Source: Psilocybe cubensis (taxonomy: Eukaryota). From it: DNA of 64,000 bases. The translations under genes and the position numbers were made by a program. Shown here one piece after another: positions 1 through 20,752 of the stretch. The notes under the pieces were generated by a model. The model did no database searches. It was given only the letters and a program-made list of their open reading frames with translations, and was not told the origin of the DNA. Within the stretch, counting starts at the first letter, position 1; every line of letters begins with the position of its first letter. The stretch is taken from the NCBI GenBank assembly GCA_017499595.2, contig CM039009.1:868001-932000 (forward strand), given 5' to 3'.

Positions 1-597
1 GAGAAATTGACCGCAGATTGAAAAAGAGATGTGCAAATACAAATCATAACTAGTGTACAACAGCAACTGCAGGGAGAGTTGAACTAACTAATCGGTTTAA
101 GCTTTGCTACTCACTGAGTATGTTACAAAATGTACATTCAATGTCATGTATCGGGTATCTTCATTGGAGCTTGTGCTTCTGGCTGGCGGGGCTGATCCTG
201 CAGTTGGTTCTCAGGTAGCAAAGGCCTACGTTCAGGTATGTTTTTTGCATCGTTACAGCAACAGCATTTACATAGATTCTCCGTGAATGCATGCCCTGAA
301 ACTTGCGATTAATGTTCCGAATGTCAAAAGCGAGTCAAAAGAACAGACGCACGAAGTGAGATAAAGTCAATGCAAAATCCTGTACACACTTGACAGCAGC
401 CAGTGAGCAAAACAGCGCATACTTCGTCAGACATTTCTGACCCTCTGCGATGTCAGTTAAAAGTGGCAGAGACGATGTGAATGTTGGCCCGCCAAGGATT
501 GCCGCCGTGTGACTAAGCGTTATTTGTCCTTGTTTATTTCCCCATTAATTCAGTTCTACTTGTCCTTTCTCCAGCCGTGATCTTGAACTCTACGACC

Positions 598-3500
598 ATG
601 GACGGTCCTTTGTTTGTCAGGGGAGCTAGAGGTCGTGGAGGAGCTACTCGAGAGGGTGCAAGAGGTGGTCGAGGAACTTGGCCTCATTCACGAAACAAGC
701 ACTGGTCAACAGCAGATGGCACCTCACGAAGCCATACGCCCAACTCGGACAGCGAACGTTGGGAACGAGGTGGACATCGGGGAGGTGGAAGAGGGAGAGG
801 AGCCCCTCGAGGCGCACCAAGGAAATTTCCAAACGTTACGCTTCGCGTCAACCATGCAACTACCCAGCAGCACCATGCGGCTGCAGATATCGAACATATT
901 CAACCAGACGAGTCGTACCTTCAACCCGAGGAGGAGGAAGAACACTATGAGGAGGAACAAGAAGCTGAAGAAGATGAAATTTACGAAGAAGAGGTGGAGC
1001 AGGTGCAAGAAACAGTAGCAGAAGAGACGGAAACTGGTCGACTCATTCCCGAGATTCATGAACCTGAGCTCGAGACGGCTGAAGAACGAGAGAAGTTCTA
1101 TCAAGAGGTTCGCCTATTCTACGCCCATAATATTACTGGGATCTCACACCACATATTTGCAGTTGGTCAAAGCCAGAGAAATTGAAAGGAAAAGGGCTAT
1201 CGCTGAGGGGAAAATGGACGACCCACTGGTCCCCAAACGACTGGAGGATGCGATATCTATTGTTGGGACATGTATGCATATGTGCCCTAGATTTGAAAGG
1301 TATCGACGCGAACGTGAAAACAATCTATTTGAATGGGAAACAGTGAGTGCCTTCAACCTCGTATCCGCATGAGAAAACTACTCTGATCGCTTTCCAGATC
1401 CCTGGCACCAAAAGGGTCGACCACAACCGTGCAGTCAAGATGTACGAGCGTGCAGCTGGCGACAAGACCCTGCCCTCCGATCTACGGCCTCCACTCATTC
1501 TCAAGGTCAGCCAGATACCCACACCTCTACAGCGCTATCTTTAACATTGTACACTCAGTGCACACTTGACTACCTCTTTCACGACCTTCTCCCCCGTGGT
1601 GGTTTCTCTGCTACATTCAACTTCATCCGAGATCGTAGCCGAGCTGTCCGCAATGATTTTACCATGCAGCACATCACAGGCCCCCTTGCAATTGAATGTC
1701 ACGATCGCTGTGCTCGTTTCCACATTCTTGCCCTTCATTTCGAACGCGATAGACCTGGGTTCTCTCTTCCCTTGGAAGAGCAACAGCTCATGAACAGTGC
1801 GTGTATCGTCACCCATTCCATAGTCTTGTTACTAACAGCAAATGTGAAGCTCTTCAAAGTTTGAAAGAGTTTTACCAAGATCAACGCGGCAGATATGATT
1901 CTCCAACGGAACTCGAAATGCGTGTGTACCACCGACTTATCCATATCCGTGATCAGAAGGAACGCCATGAAGACATCCCTGATTATATCCTTTCGCACCC
2001 CGTTTTCAAACTTACGACCGAGTTCCGGCTACACGTGCAGCGTAAAAGTGCACCCATCAGCAAAAACTCCAAACTCATTGTACCTGAAGAAGCCATGCAA
2101 ATATTTTCCCAATTGGCTGCTGTGCTAAACGAGCAGGGAAGCACGGTCATGGTCTACCTCGTTGCCTGCCTGTTGGAACGATTGTTTGGAAAGGATACGA
2201 TCGACGATATAGAGAGCATCAGAGGCGATTTATCTATATCTGATATCATTGACGGTGTATCGGTGGATAATCCTCGTATGCAAAATGGCCATGTAGATGA
2301 AGGACATGGCGCAGAAGCAACGATTGAAGGTGATGACGGTGATGTTGATGATGAAGACGCCTTTTTGGATGGAGATGACGGTTATGATGGAGCAGAGGAA
2401 GAGGCAGAAGATCATGAAGTTGAAAAATCGCAACCTGCAGTTGCTGGAAATATAAATCCACCTCCTACAGGTTGGCCTTCATCTACATTTTCGACGAAGC
2501 CATCGGCACCGACTCCAGCCCTTGCTCCTACTACTGGCGGCGCGTTCGGAAATCTGGTGTCAAAGCCCAATGTTTTTGGTAATGGCTCCGTGTTCGGAGG
2601 CCCAGTCTTTGCGCCTTCGAACCCTACACCTGTCTCAGTGTTTGGCAATTTCGGGGCCCCGGCACCGAAACCTGCCACCAATGGTATAAGCTCAACTTCA
2701 GTGGCGACCCCGCTGGCCTCTACATCGAACTCAACGCCACCACAACCTCAATCCGTTTTTGCTCCTTCGCCCTTCGGTGGCATGTCGAATAACTTTCCAT
2801 CAAAGGCAACTGAACCATCGTCCTCGCCTGCATCTACTAGTCTATTTGGTAATATTTCTGTATCAATATATTGTTACCCTTGTGCTGACCTTCTCTTAGG
2901 AAATCCGTTCGCAGTACCCGCTTCAACAACAACAACAACAAATGGAACTTCACCCGCTAAATCCATCTTTGGAGGTACCAATGGAACACCTTTCTTGATT
3001 TCTACTAATAATGCGCCGACCACATCATCATCCTTATTTACGATAACTCCCTCAAAACCTTCGCCATCATTGAACCCTGAGGCACCAGAGTTTGTACCCC
3101 CACAGATTATTCAACCATCTACATCTCCATTTGCATATCAATCCATAAACGACAGTGCCAAATCAACCCTCGGGCCAAAACCTACAATACCCTTTTTTAC
3201 CCCACCACCTGACACAACATTGGATGCTCCTAAAGCCAATGGTGCAAACTCATTTACTCAACCTTCATTACCCGGCTCTACACAGCAACAAACACCTCCT
3301 CCTTCATTTTTCAGCAAACCCAATCCACCTACGTCTTCATCAGCATCACCCGCGCAGACTCGACCAATTGCCCCTCCTTTGCTGAAAATTGATACCAATA
3401 CTTCGTCTGGCAGTTCGTCTCCATCTGTCGCCTCTCCTAAAGTCCCGCCACCCTTGGCACGGGTACAACCTATCTCTCTTCCCTCGACTCCTACGATGGT

Positions 3501-6086
3501 TCTTCAACCTTCAAATCCGTTGTTGGATCACCTCCGCAATTCATTGGATCCATCATCCAGTTCGCTATCACCTTCGGGCAGCCAAGAACTGCTGAGTCCG
3601 TTGGTTGTCGGCTCACCTACTGCCTCGCCGATGGGTTCCTTCTCCATCAAAAACTTCACGCCTCTGTCAACACCCCAAGCGTCAAGAATATTCAGACCGC
3701 CATCCCCACCGAAGTCGAACGGAAAGGGTAAGGCACCGGACCTTTCAATATACGACATCGGAGAGGTTGAAGAAATGAAAAAGAAGGCGCTACAGTTCGC
3801 GCAGAAAAGTCTTATTATGCGCGAGTGCTTCCGCAGATGGTTGAAAAAAGCGATGGACAGGGCGGCGTATTTGGAGGCTCTCAAGCACGGAGATGAGTAC
3901 CGGCAGAAAATACACCGCAGCAACCACGCCCGGCAGCAACTTGCTTTGCGAACGAGTAAAAATATGGATGTTGTTGATAAGAAGAGACGGATATCGACGA
4001 ACGGAGGTCGGGCAATAGCATCTATGAGTGACGGTCCATCTCCAATGAAGAAGAGGGCGCGCAAACGCGTGTCGAGCGAGTATCGCCCGCCAAGGACGGA
4101 TGAGGACCTGGCAAATCGTTTCAAAGAGGTGCAGACTTGTTTCTTTCCCGCCTTTATCCGTCAATGCTGTTTTTATACATGGTCCTGACTCAACTTTTCT
4201 TTTCTTTTTTTCGTCTTGCCTTTTGCCATCGATCAATCCTTCCTTACGCCCAATACAATCACTCTCAAACCATGCCACCGCCTATACAGAATCATCGAGA
4301 ACATGAACTTCGTTGGGCACAGGGGTCGTTCCTTCAAGTCATCCGGAATCACATCCAGGTTCTGAACGCGTCAACACTCAAAATGCCGTGGCACATTTGG
4401 CTGGCCATGAACCCAGAAAGCGATGCTACCGCCATATGGTTGGAACGTAAATTCGACGTGCCGGATTCGGGAACTTGGCAAAATGAGAACGTGTTTTCAA
4501 TACCTATCTCTTCGGCTAGTGGATCAGCAGATGGATACCCTGGTGTCATTGTATTTGAGTGCACGCCTTTGGGCGATGTCACAGATGATTTGGAGAGGTA
4601 CGACAACAGAGTTCGCATTTCCGTGTTTGTAGTCTAATAAAGGCGCATCACGTACAGGAAGTATCGTGTCCTAGACGATTGTGCCCGATTGCGAGAGATT
4701 ATCAAAGCTTTACCTCCCAAACGCCATTTTATTCCTTCTCTTCTTGTAATCTGCTGGACGGAGGGTGAACAGACTCCAGAAGAATCTGATTTCTTTGATA
4801 TGGTGCATTAGCCCTTCGCTCATTCTTTGTTCTTTGCTAAAGTATTATGCTATTTAACCAGGTGAAAAAATTAACTGCCGCTTCGACAATTCGGAGTTCC
4901 CAGGTTTTAAATATGACGTCAGCCACCAAGGACCTCGACACCAAACTTGAGAGTGCCCTCTCCTCTTTGACATTAGATACCGAAGGACTGCTCGTTAAAC
5001 CTCTTACATTAAAAGGAGCATTCCGCGTCTTCGATCGCACCTTCCATCAATTCTTGAGCGAGTGGATGGAAAATTGTAGCGTGCTTGGGCGGTGTAAGCA
5101 AAAAACATTACCATTCATATATACTTGTCTTTTTTTAATTGATTTTCTTCTTTCGCAGTCAATTGGAGCCTGTACGGGCAGGTCGTTCAGGTGTCTATAA
5201 CATTGTTGAATAATATGGAAAGAGCAGTACGCTCTATGTTGGAATTGGAAGGTCTAGCGGATCCATTGCCTGACTTTAATGCCGCTCAAGTGACTGATAG
5301 CGAGTACGTTCGGTTCGATCTTCTTGCTGACTACACTTCTAAATTAACATGGCAACCTCTCTTCCAGATCTGCTTACGAAGATTTGTTCGAGTGGCTCTC
5401 TTCTTTAGACTCCCGTGAAGACGCCAACCAAATCGCCATGGATGTGCAGTCTCATCGTAACATCGGTCAAGGTCAGTAAACCTCAGTGCATACCGCTGCT
5501 GTTCAATAACTCATTGTTTGCTCGCTTAGATTTCCCTGCCCAGATATTCATTGAACATCTTTACAAACTCACCCAAGCACGTCTTGAACGGGCACACCCA
5601 CAATTTACGACCGTTACGAAACCTGTTCTCAATACTGCAATCAAGTCATCACTGCAGTCGTTCAAGGATGAAATTGAGCCACATCAGATGAGATTGCTGC
5701 AATTATACAATTTCAGCGTCCGTCGTTCACCGAAACGCCGAGCATACTCAGTCGCCACGAGTGACCAGGGCAGGTTTGTCATGATCTTGCTGATTTATCT
5801 TATTTTTTGTACTTATTCGATAATCAGCCCTGAAACTAAACGGCCTCGACTATTGGCCTCTGTCACATCTTCAGTGAATGGAGATTTCGATATTCCTTCG
5901 ACGCCTCAAGTCAAAATGAATGGACGTCGGATGGAAACGCAAACTCCGTCGCCTAGTAATAGCAGCAGCGCGACGTCTTCCGCTCCTACTGAGCAAGACG
6001 ACAAGACACACAACACACCTAACGTCACAGTTGCGATGCTGAGAGCTTTAACTCGGGATCTTAAGAAGAAGTATGGAGGTTCATGA
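598..6086 (+). CDS. SAC3: SAC3/GANP-family mRNA export factor (TREX-2 scaffold), multi-exon
   Basis: Exon ORFs carry SAC3/GANP motifs (IVGTCMHMCPRFERYRRE, AVKMYERAAG..LPSDLRPP, FNFIRDRSRAVRNDFTMQ, ECHDRCARFHIL). RGG-rich N-terminus and a Pro/Ser/FG-rich middle. ATG at 598, stop at 6084-6086. Confidence 0.9.
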
Positions 6087-6569
6087 TGCTCATTTTATTT
6101 TTATTCTTTTCATTTCTGGATTTATTCACCGCCTCTGCAAATTGTAATTTTATTCTTTATCTCTACTTGTAGCAATTTTCTGTCGGAATTCATTCGTCGC
6201 AGTCTCTTAGGGCATTGTTGTAGATGATATGACGTTCTTCAATCAAACCTGCATTCAGTTTCGAAATGCGAAGCACCCATTTACACAAAACAAAGCAAAA
6301 TATGAAATTGTTGACTAGAAGTACAGAATTGGTGGTATTAATTGGACGTGCGATTGGTAATAATACATATGCTCATGAAGAAAATTGTGGCTTTCTGGTC
6401 AAATTCGACGTCTCCACAGGAGGGTCGCTTGGTCGATTGAAATGTGAACGATAATTTCGAGCGCAGCTCGACCTGTATTGGAAAGTTGTAAGTCGGGCTC
6501 AAGTTACTTAGTACGTAGATAATCATTTTTCAATGCTCACCTTTCTGTCTCTCAGGTTCTTCGAAATTA

Positions 6570-6862
6570 TCAGATCACTGCATGTTTCCTGACGTATTCT
6601 ATGGATGTTTTGCATGTATCATTATGGCAGTCCTTGACTTTGACGCGAACTGGAGCTGTATAGCTCCCAGCTGCCCCATAATATGCAAAAGTACACTCAT
6701 TGACGGGGAGTGTCCACAAATCTGGCGGTGTCAAGCTGCCGTACAGCTCAGGGTTGATGCTACCCCCGGAGTGGCATCTGGAGCATTCCTAGAAATAGAT
6801 TGTCATTGTTGTATACCGAAGCAAGGTCTTCATGAGCATACCCGTAGATCGAATGAAAGCAT
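6570..6862 (-). CDS. Small 79-aa Cys-containing protein (2 coding exons), not in the ORF track
   Basis: Exon 6862-6842 (MLSFDLR), intron 6841-6789 (GTATGC...TTCTAG), exon 6788-6570 open to TGA (ECSRCHSGG...KVKDCHNDTCKTSIEYVRKHAVI*). A second canonical intron (GTGAGC...TACAG) follows in the 3' UTR. Confidence 0.55.
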
Positions 6863-8316
6863 TGTCGATTAGTTGATTTGAGATTCTTTGGTTAATCAAC
6901 TAGTCAGAGTGGATTCGGAGATGTTCTGCTTAATCGTAAAATGACCTCTATTTAAGAGCTTGGAGTCATGGTCAAGTCCCGAGCTAAATGGGCCACGCCG
7001 TATGACTCGTGTAAAGCCTTTTGTCGCCACGATAAAAGCCTCGAGGCAGTGTCTTTGTATTTTTAGCTGCACATGTCGTATCCACAGTCATAGTGGAGAA
7101 AATACGGATTTATTCTAACGGCTTCAGTTGTTCCACAATAGACCAAAAGAATACCTTATAAGGGTATCTGTTGCTATATGTACATTTTCTGTTTGGTTCC
7201 AACGGAAACTGCAATGAAATCACATTGTAACGTTTATTTAACCATTATTAATAAGCGCCCACGAGACGTCAGTGGGAGCAAACGGCTGCAGAAGGCCAAC
7301 AGTTGGTTGGCCCCCGGAACTGACCGGAACCGGAAATCGTTTAATTTCCGGTTCCCGGATCGTCATATTTGTCCCAAGATTGTGGTACACAACGAGACCT
7401 CTGAAGATCGACCGAGTCACCAAAAAACTTTCTTCTCATTATATAAATCTAATCGAGTTGACACATGTGTTAGTACTGCGCCGCCTTAAGCCCTGAGGGA
7501 TTCTGCTTTCGATCGTAGCCAGGTCCTACTTACATTGGCACGATTGTTGCATGCAGGCCAGCCCCTGGTACTTATATATCACAATTCAGTCGACCGATGA
7601 GGTTCAGAAACAGATCACATTGACCTTTCCATTTGTGAGGCCAAACATCCTCAGAATATGTGAATTTAACACCGCCTGTGTTGCTTTGTGACTCTTAGTT
7701 AATGAGTACCTTGTGTACACTGTCATCACAAAACGAAGACATTAATAAATAAACCTGTTATACTAAGACGAGTGACTACATTGTCATAAGCATCATCAAA
7801 AAGATTATGGGTGCTAGAATAAACCAAATAGGGAATCCCCAGTTCATTGATTTTCTATATGCATTTTTTCTTCAATAAGTTGTTAGTGGTTTATTGAGCT
7901 GCAAGTGAATATTTTTCCGTGGACTTTCTAACCCTTCTTGATTTTCCCTGGCGCTGTTACATACATTTTTACCTACAAAGAACAGTTAAGAACCGCCCTA
8001 ATTCGACGAAACTAATATCTAACTATACACAGAAAGGTGTTTACTCTCAGGTGTCTCGCGGCGGACAAGACAAGCTTTAATATCTGCATTCATCTCATGG
8101 CGACTCGTAGTCTTTTAAATTTTAGGTCAGTAAGCGCCCGGAATACAAAACACATGTAATGCAATGTAAATATGGGCCCTACTTAGTTGGTTTGGTTAAT
8201 ACTCCAAGTACATAGAAGTCAGAAAACCTTAAAGGTTTAAATGAGGTATAATTACCGAAAGCGTCAAATTTACATATGATAATACACCCTGTCATAAAAC
8301 GTGCGATAGGTGTACA

Positions 8317-14741
<6,425 letters not shown>

Positions 14742-15114
14742 CGCTTTGATGGATGTTGCAGCGAAGAGGAAACGACAACTACGAAGATTCGTGTCAAATG
14801 CTTAAGTACACCATGAAATAAATGTACAATGAGTCACCTTAGCCTCCGCTCAGCAGCCGCGCGTATCTTGAGCTATTTCGAGGTAGTTAACACGCTTGTC
14901 ATCGCCTAAAATGAATCACCCATGTGCTCACCTTTGCAATGTTCTCCAATTGGCAGATATATATTTGTGCTTTGATTGCGCTGCATCAAAGAACACCTCC
15001 GCAGAGGTATTCTTTCATGGGTGTGTAAATATCCAATAAGGATTGGACCTAACGCAGAGGAACCCCGCAAATATAGAGGATTTTCGATTGTCATTGGTCA
15101 GGGACGTTGTCGGA

Positions 15115-15141
15115 GTTGTTGTTGTTGTTGTTGTTGTTGTT
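15115..15141 (+). repeat. (GTT)9 microsatellite
   Basis: Nine perfect GTT units, about 370 bp upstream of the ABC transporter start. Confidence 0.95.
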
Positions 15142-16710
15142 GAGGAGCATCGTGGGAAAACTTTGATGATGTATTTGCGCGGTTGTACATAGGTTGTCGA
15201 AAACCAATCTTCCGCTCACCATGGAGCCACAGATAACGAATTCGACTCATCTACACACTTCTACACAGTGCCATCAGTGATGGAGTAGGCTATCTTACGC
15301 ACATCGGTCCTTCTAACGGTTCCGCAAATACAATCATAGCCTTGAAGCCCGTCAAACACTGCTGCTATAAAACTCAACTCAAAGAATCTCAATAAATGTA
15401 GCGTCTCAAGGACTGACTCACATCTCGACGACTAGACGAATTTAACAGCAGTTCGACTTGATGGCAGATTTACCGACAGGATGTGTTTGAAACAGAGAAC
15501 ATAACCCTGTTTTCAGCATATGCAACCCTTTTTGTGTGCATATCGGTAAGTCTTCAGCTTAAATTTGCTATACGTCGTGTGCCATATTTCCTCTTATCTC
15601 TAACAGTGCATCATCTTTCATGTCAGGGAGTATCTATATTTCCAGGAGCTTTCTTAACAGTACGCATACAGTGAAGAAAGGCCTATTCAAAGACGAGCGC
15701 GAACCGACAGTTCTGACCCCTCTTCTTGGCCGTATAACCCGTTATTTCTTTCTCTGAAAGACCTTGTTTCCGTGGCTGTTTATTTCAAGATCTTGTTCTT
15801 TCCATAATCCTCGACATCTACCCCTATACCCCTCAAAATGTACGCTATGATGGAAGACCGTTTACTCGCATTGGAGCATACACAACATCGTTTACGGTCA
15901 GTTGTCCATGTGTAAACGTCTGATACATCAACTAACTTCCAATCTTAAGCAAGTGCCTAGTCCTCAGTTGATTCTCGTGAAAATTGGGTTTCCTTCAGAG
16001 TGATTTTACACCATTTACAGGCATATCATATTGTCACTCTTCTAATGGCAGGTTTTTGGTCTCTACCATAACAACAACTATGAGACGCTCGGCAATGAGA
16101 ACCTCCACTTTGTTCATTTTCCACCTTTCATTGATGCATATCATGCGCACGAAGCAGTGGTTCATTTGTGGGGCCACAGTAGCACAATCAAGTTCGATGT
16201 TTGACATGTTTTGGGGCATGCTTTCAGATGCTTTCGTGCTTTCGGCATGTCGACATCTCATGTCCCCCTGTCTGTTATCGGTCATCTTTTGCAATTCATT
16301 TTTATCAGAATTGTAAGTAACCGCGGAGAAATGCAACTTTGAAACTGTTTTGGGTCGGCACCACCCGTGGCTGATGATTCTGAGGCCTGAAAACCATGTA
16401 GAAAAGCAGCAGAAACTTGATCTTTTTCTCTTCTCTTTTCTCTGTCTTTCGTACAAATAAATTACAGACTTTTCTTTGTATTTTGGACGATAAGTACGGA
16501 GTCATTTCGGTTTCCGGTTTCTCAGAGATAAACCTGGATTGTGACAGGCCGGCCGTGCAGGTGATCAGACAAGGTGATCCTCGGATCCGGCCGCCTACCA
16601 GGTGAGATAAAAGGTCGAGCTTGCGGCTAGTTGCATTGCGTCTTTCCTCTGTCCACATTGTGCAATTTGTCTCTCAAGGCAAGAGAGTCGTGGTACCGAG
16701 GACAGATATT

Positions 16711-19482
16711 ATGTTAGACGACGAAATTATCTGCCTGGGCTCAACGATTGGGCCCATTGCCACAGGTCCCAATTCTATCCCGTCTGCGCAGCGCTCAGTA
16801 ACGGGTGAGAGATACCACCATCTCTCAGATGAGGCTCTCCTGACCTATCCTTCTGCTTGCGCTGTAGGTGTGACTCTGCATATTGAGAAACAAGGTGCAA
16901 ACGATGCAGGATACCGGATGCTTTTCAGAAAGGCCAACACTAGCGTTGTGCATATCGGTCGTCGTTCCGGACTTGAGGCGGACACGAGCTTTGCACGATC
17001 CAAAGATCATGAGCAAGGAAGTGCCATGTTTAGATGTGCTGTGGTCAGTAGGAGGCATGCAAAGATCGCTTTCTCTGATAGTGGCCATGTACGCCCATCG
17101 TCGTATCTTTTGTCTGATACCTGTCTCAATTGTCTTTGATGCATTGTAGGCATATCTCATCGATCTAGGCTCCCATCATGGAACACACATTCGCAAGGCC
17201 GGAGAAAAATTCTCTAGGACAATCAAGCCAGAGACCTCTACCCTCCTTGGTGATGGTGATATAGTCACCTTTGGGAAGTCCGTGGGTAAAGGGGAAGAGA
17301 TGGTCAAGCCCATCGTTGCTCGTATCGAACTCATTCATGCCGGGCATGTTACGAGCAAGATGCCATTCAATCCTCTAGTTGTTCCGCCCACAAATTCTCC
17401 GGTCTTGTCAGGGAGATCTGTCTCCAAACCTTCGACTTCAGGTCGTTACGGGGTTCATACATCGTCCTCATCATCAGATGAGTCATATTCCTCCCATTCG
17501 GGAATGTATTCCGACATCGAAGAAATCCCTCCACCCAAGACCAACTTGAATCCATCGGTCTCTTTGAATGACAATTCTACTACTAACAAGGATGCCTCTG
17601 ACAACACTGATAACACCATTCACAACGACGATTCCGGATCGAAGGGTCCAGGGAATTCTTCTAACCCTCGCTCACTTGGACAAGCACTAAATGTTTTGAA
17701 GCGATTCTTACCTCCATCCCAGCAATCCTCTACTCCACGACTCCTTCCATCTGTGTCAGAGATTGTGGAGAGACCATTTGCGCACATGTCAAGTTTTCTT
17801 TTCGGCCCGGACTCCTACCCTACCACCCCCGGAATTGCCCACCCAGACACACTGCCGCCAGTCAACCTATCGCTGCTTAATGGTCGACCCGAATCGTCGA
17901 ATCCTCAATCCCAAAATAATAGTATCTTATCCTCACCCTCGATGGCTCGGCTTCCTATGCTCAGCGAGAACTCCATTGTCGGCTTCGATGCTTCACAACA
18001 CGACATATACGAGCCTCACAGCAGGTCTAGGTCCCATTCCCCTATGGATCTTTCCAGTCCATCTCCATCATTCAAAGTCATTGTAGGAGGGCGTCTGTCA
18101 ATCCCACCTCCATCCATTATATCAGCTCCTTTCAGTCCCACACGGAACTCTCCTTCCCTCAGCCCTCCCCATATCCTGGCTCCACTTGCACCTTCATCGT
18201 CTGAAGGTGGACCTGCATCCATATCGGCTGAACCGTCCCGCAGTGACCCGGAAATACAAAACATGGGCATGCCGCTAGTTGCGTCCCCTGATGAAAATCG
18301 GTCTGAGAGATTCGCCATTCATTATCGAGACCCTTTCGATGAGATCGACCCACCAGAATCCAAAGGACCCGATGATCCATCCGTGTCACCGCTCCGATTC
18401 CGGCAGATGGAAGACACTGTCCAAAGTCTTAAGGTATCTCTTCCCCTTTCTTATTCATCATGGTCTCAAGGCTAAGTCGTGTAAACGTTGTAGGTCGAGG
18501 TTTCGAAGCTACACTCGCAGAGACGCAAATACAAATCACGATTCAACTCCAACGTTCAAGTGATTTCTGAGAAACTTGGAGAGTTCGACGATCGGCTGTT
18601 GGAAGTCAATGCAGAGTACATCCTCCTGGCGAATCAGATCGACAGGATACAAGATATAGATCTCGCAGATCTAAACTCCCATATTGAAATGATCCAGGAA
18701 AACGTTGACTCGATTGCCGAAGAGAGAGATGAGGATGCCCAGCAGAGGAAGAACGACAAGGAGGATGTCCGAGCCACGCTGAACGAATTTGGGGATGCCA
18801 TTGCAGGTTTGTGTTCTACCGCTGTTGAAGTTGTAGTTTCATGACTGATATTGAGTTTGGTATAGACTTGAAGTCATTCAGAGATGGAATGAAGAAGGAA
18901 GTTGATGACGAACTTGCCTCAATGAAAGCCTTACACGAGGCTACCATGGCCCGCATAGCGGAACAAGATGCTCAACACCAACAGACCAAAGAGCTTCTCC
19001 GACAATGTCAGGAAGCTCAAGCCCGTCTTGAAGCGAAGTCTAATGCGGAAGTTGACGCCGCCCAGGTATGCTTTTCTTCTTCTCAGGTAACCTCTAAACG
19101 TCATTTCACCGTGTGCCTGCACCACCCTCAGACTCCCGTTCTAACGTCGTTGAAGCGAAAGCGTGATGATACGGACGAGAACGAGGACGTTGATGAGCGA
19201 GAGACGTGCAAGAGTGAGAACATGGCGGTCGATTGCGAGACAAATGCGGTCGGCCCCGAGGCCTCTACCGGAAGCTCGAGCGACAACGTTATTGATGGCA
19301 ACGCGTTCGCGGCGGAAGGAACTGGCTTGCTTGAGTCGAGCGGTCCGTTGGTCAAGGCTTTCACCGTCGATGGTCCACCCCCTCGGAAACGAGCGAGGCG
19401 ATTCGTCAAGGTCGTTGCCAAGACTGCAACTGCTGTTACCGTTGGCGCTGTCATGACGTGGTCCGCCCTTGCGTTCAGCTGA
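16711..19482 (+). CDS. FHA-domain protein with coiled coil and C-terminal membrane anchor (Vps64/Far9/SLMAP-like architecture)
   Basis: FHA motifs VHIGRRS, FRCAVVSRRHAKI and LIDLGSHHGTHI..GDIVTFGK. S/P-rich linker, coiled-coil exons at 18.5-19.1 kb, hydrophobic tail TATAVTVGAVMTWSALAFS*. Confidence 0.8.
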
Positions 19483-20752
19483 ACCTCCTTTTTCCGAGTT
19501 TAATTCAGTCTTACGGCGTCAACAAAGAGAGAGAAGGTATGATACGCCCCCATCTTGATAAAGTGAAATAAGAAATGTATGTATTAGTATGAGAGTGGCT
19601 CATTTTTGCTTTTCCTTTCCAATTGTACTTTATTTGTAGTTTCACGAAGGGCAGTTTTGTATTTTTTGTTGTAAATATTGTGAATTATTTATTGAACATT
19701 TAACGCTGGTGTTGAACTCTCTTTTGTGTACTTCCTCTATTTGATACATTGAGATGGTGTAATCTTAGCTATTTTGTTTCCTCTCAAACCCCAAATCGCG
19801 TCCAGACGCGTCGGACATCCAAAGCCCACCTGACCGAAGCAAATGGGCACGTGACGCTTGCATTTACATGGTCTAAAATCTCAGTGAAACCAACTTCGAT
19901 TAAACTTGCGACCACTGACAAGGACCACTCAGGCTCATCTACATTTTCTGCTCTAACCAGTAACCACGAAAAGATACTTCAGCCGGGGACTCTCTGATAC
20001 CTCGATCAGGGCCAATCAGGACGTTGAGGTTCTCTCATAATTGATTTGACAAGTTCAACAACATGCACCTTGACGAGAACGCCCCCGACAGCTCACCACA
20101 GTATTGGGGCTGGCAGGCTGTGCCTTCATAGACCTCTGATATGTCAACTATCGAGTTTCGGTCCCTCGACACCATCATGGCACCTGGACGTATGATTGTT
20201 ATCTTTGGCTTGCCGCTCGCAATCTCCCCTCTATTATCCTCAACTATTGATGCTTTCACTGTTTTTCTTGACCTCTGTCCGAGGAATACGCGATATGCTG
20301 CTCGCTTCACCTCTTGGCCTCTCATATAATCGGTCGTTGCCCTTCAGCTGTCTTGTCGAGGTTTCATTAAATCTATGTGTAACCATGTGGACATTTTGAC
20401 TCATGAGGGTTTAATTGCCCTGGGATTCTGTCACACCTACTCCTACGGCGCGGGCGATGGTCAAGAAGCCTTGTGCTTCGGAGATTAATCATTCCGCGAT
20501 TGCTTTGAAGGCCAGAGTGTTGGACTATCAATCTTTCGCTGTGTCTTTTCCTTAATGGATATGTCGGCTTGGCGGGCCCGCTGGCTCCAAATAATTGTAG
20601 CTGTCCAACGAATATGACCCTTTGGATATTGACGGGAATAGGGAGGGGTCAATATCACCTTGCCCTTAATCTGCGCACTTATATAGCGTTTTGGGGTATT
20701 GCTAACCCTGCTCTTTACGCCCACTTCACAACACATCTTTGATCCTTTGAAG

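Noticed and set aside
614-4278. Long alternative-frame and antisense ORFs overlapping SAC3 (and similar ones over other genes)
   Set aside because: Shadow ORFs of low-complexity coding sequence with no independent motifs.
15360-16010. TATA box plus intron-like signals suggesting a gene divergent from the ABC transporter
   Set aside because: No consistent open spliced reading frame could be built. It may be a decayed gene or non-coding transcript, but this is unsupported.
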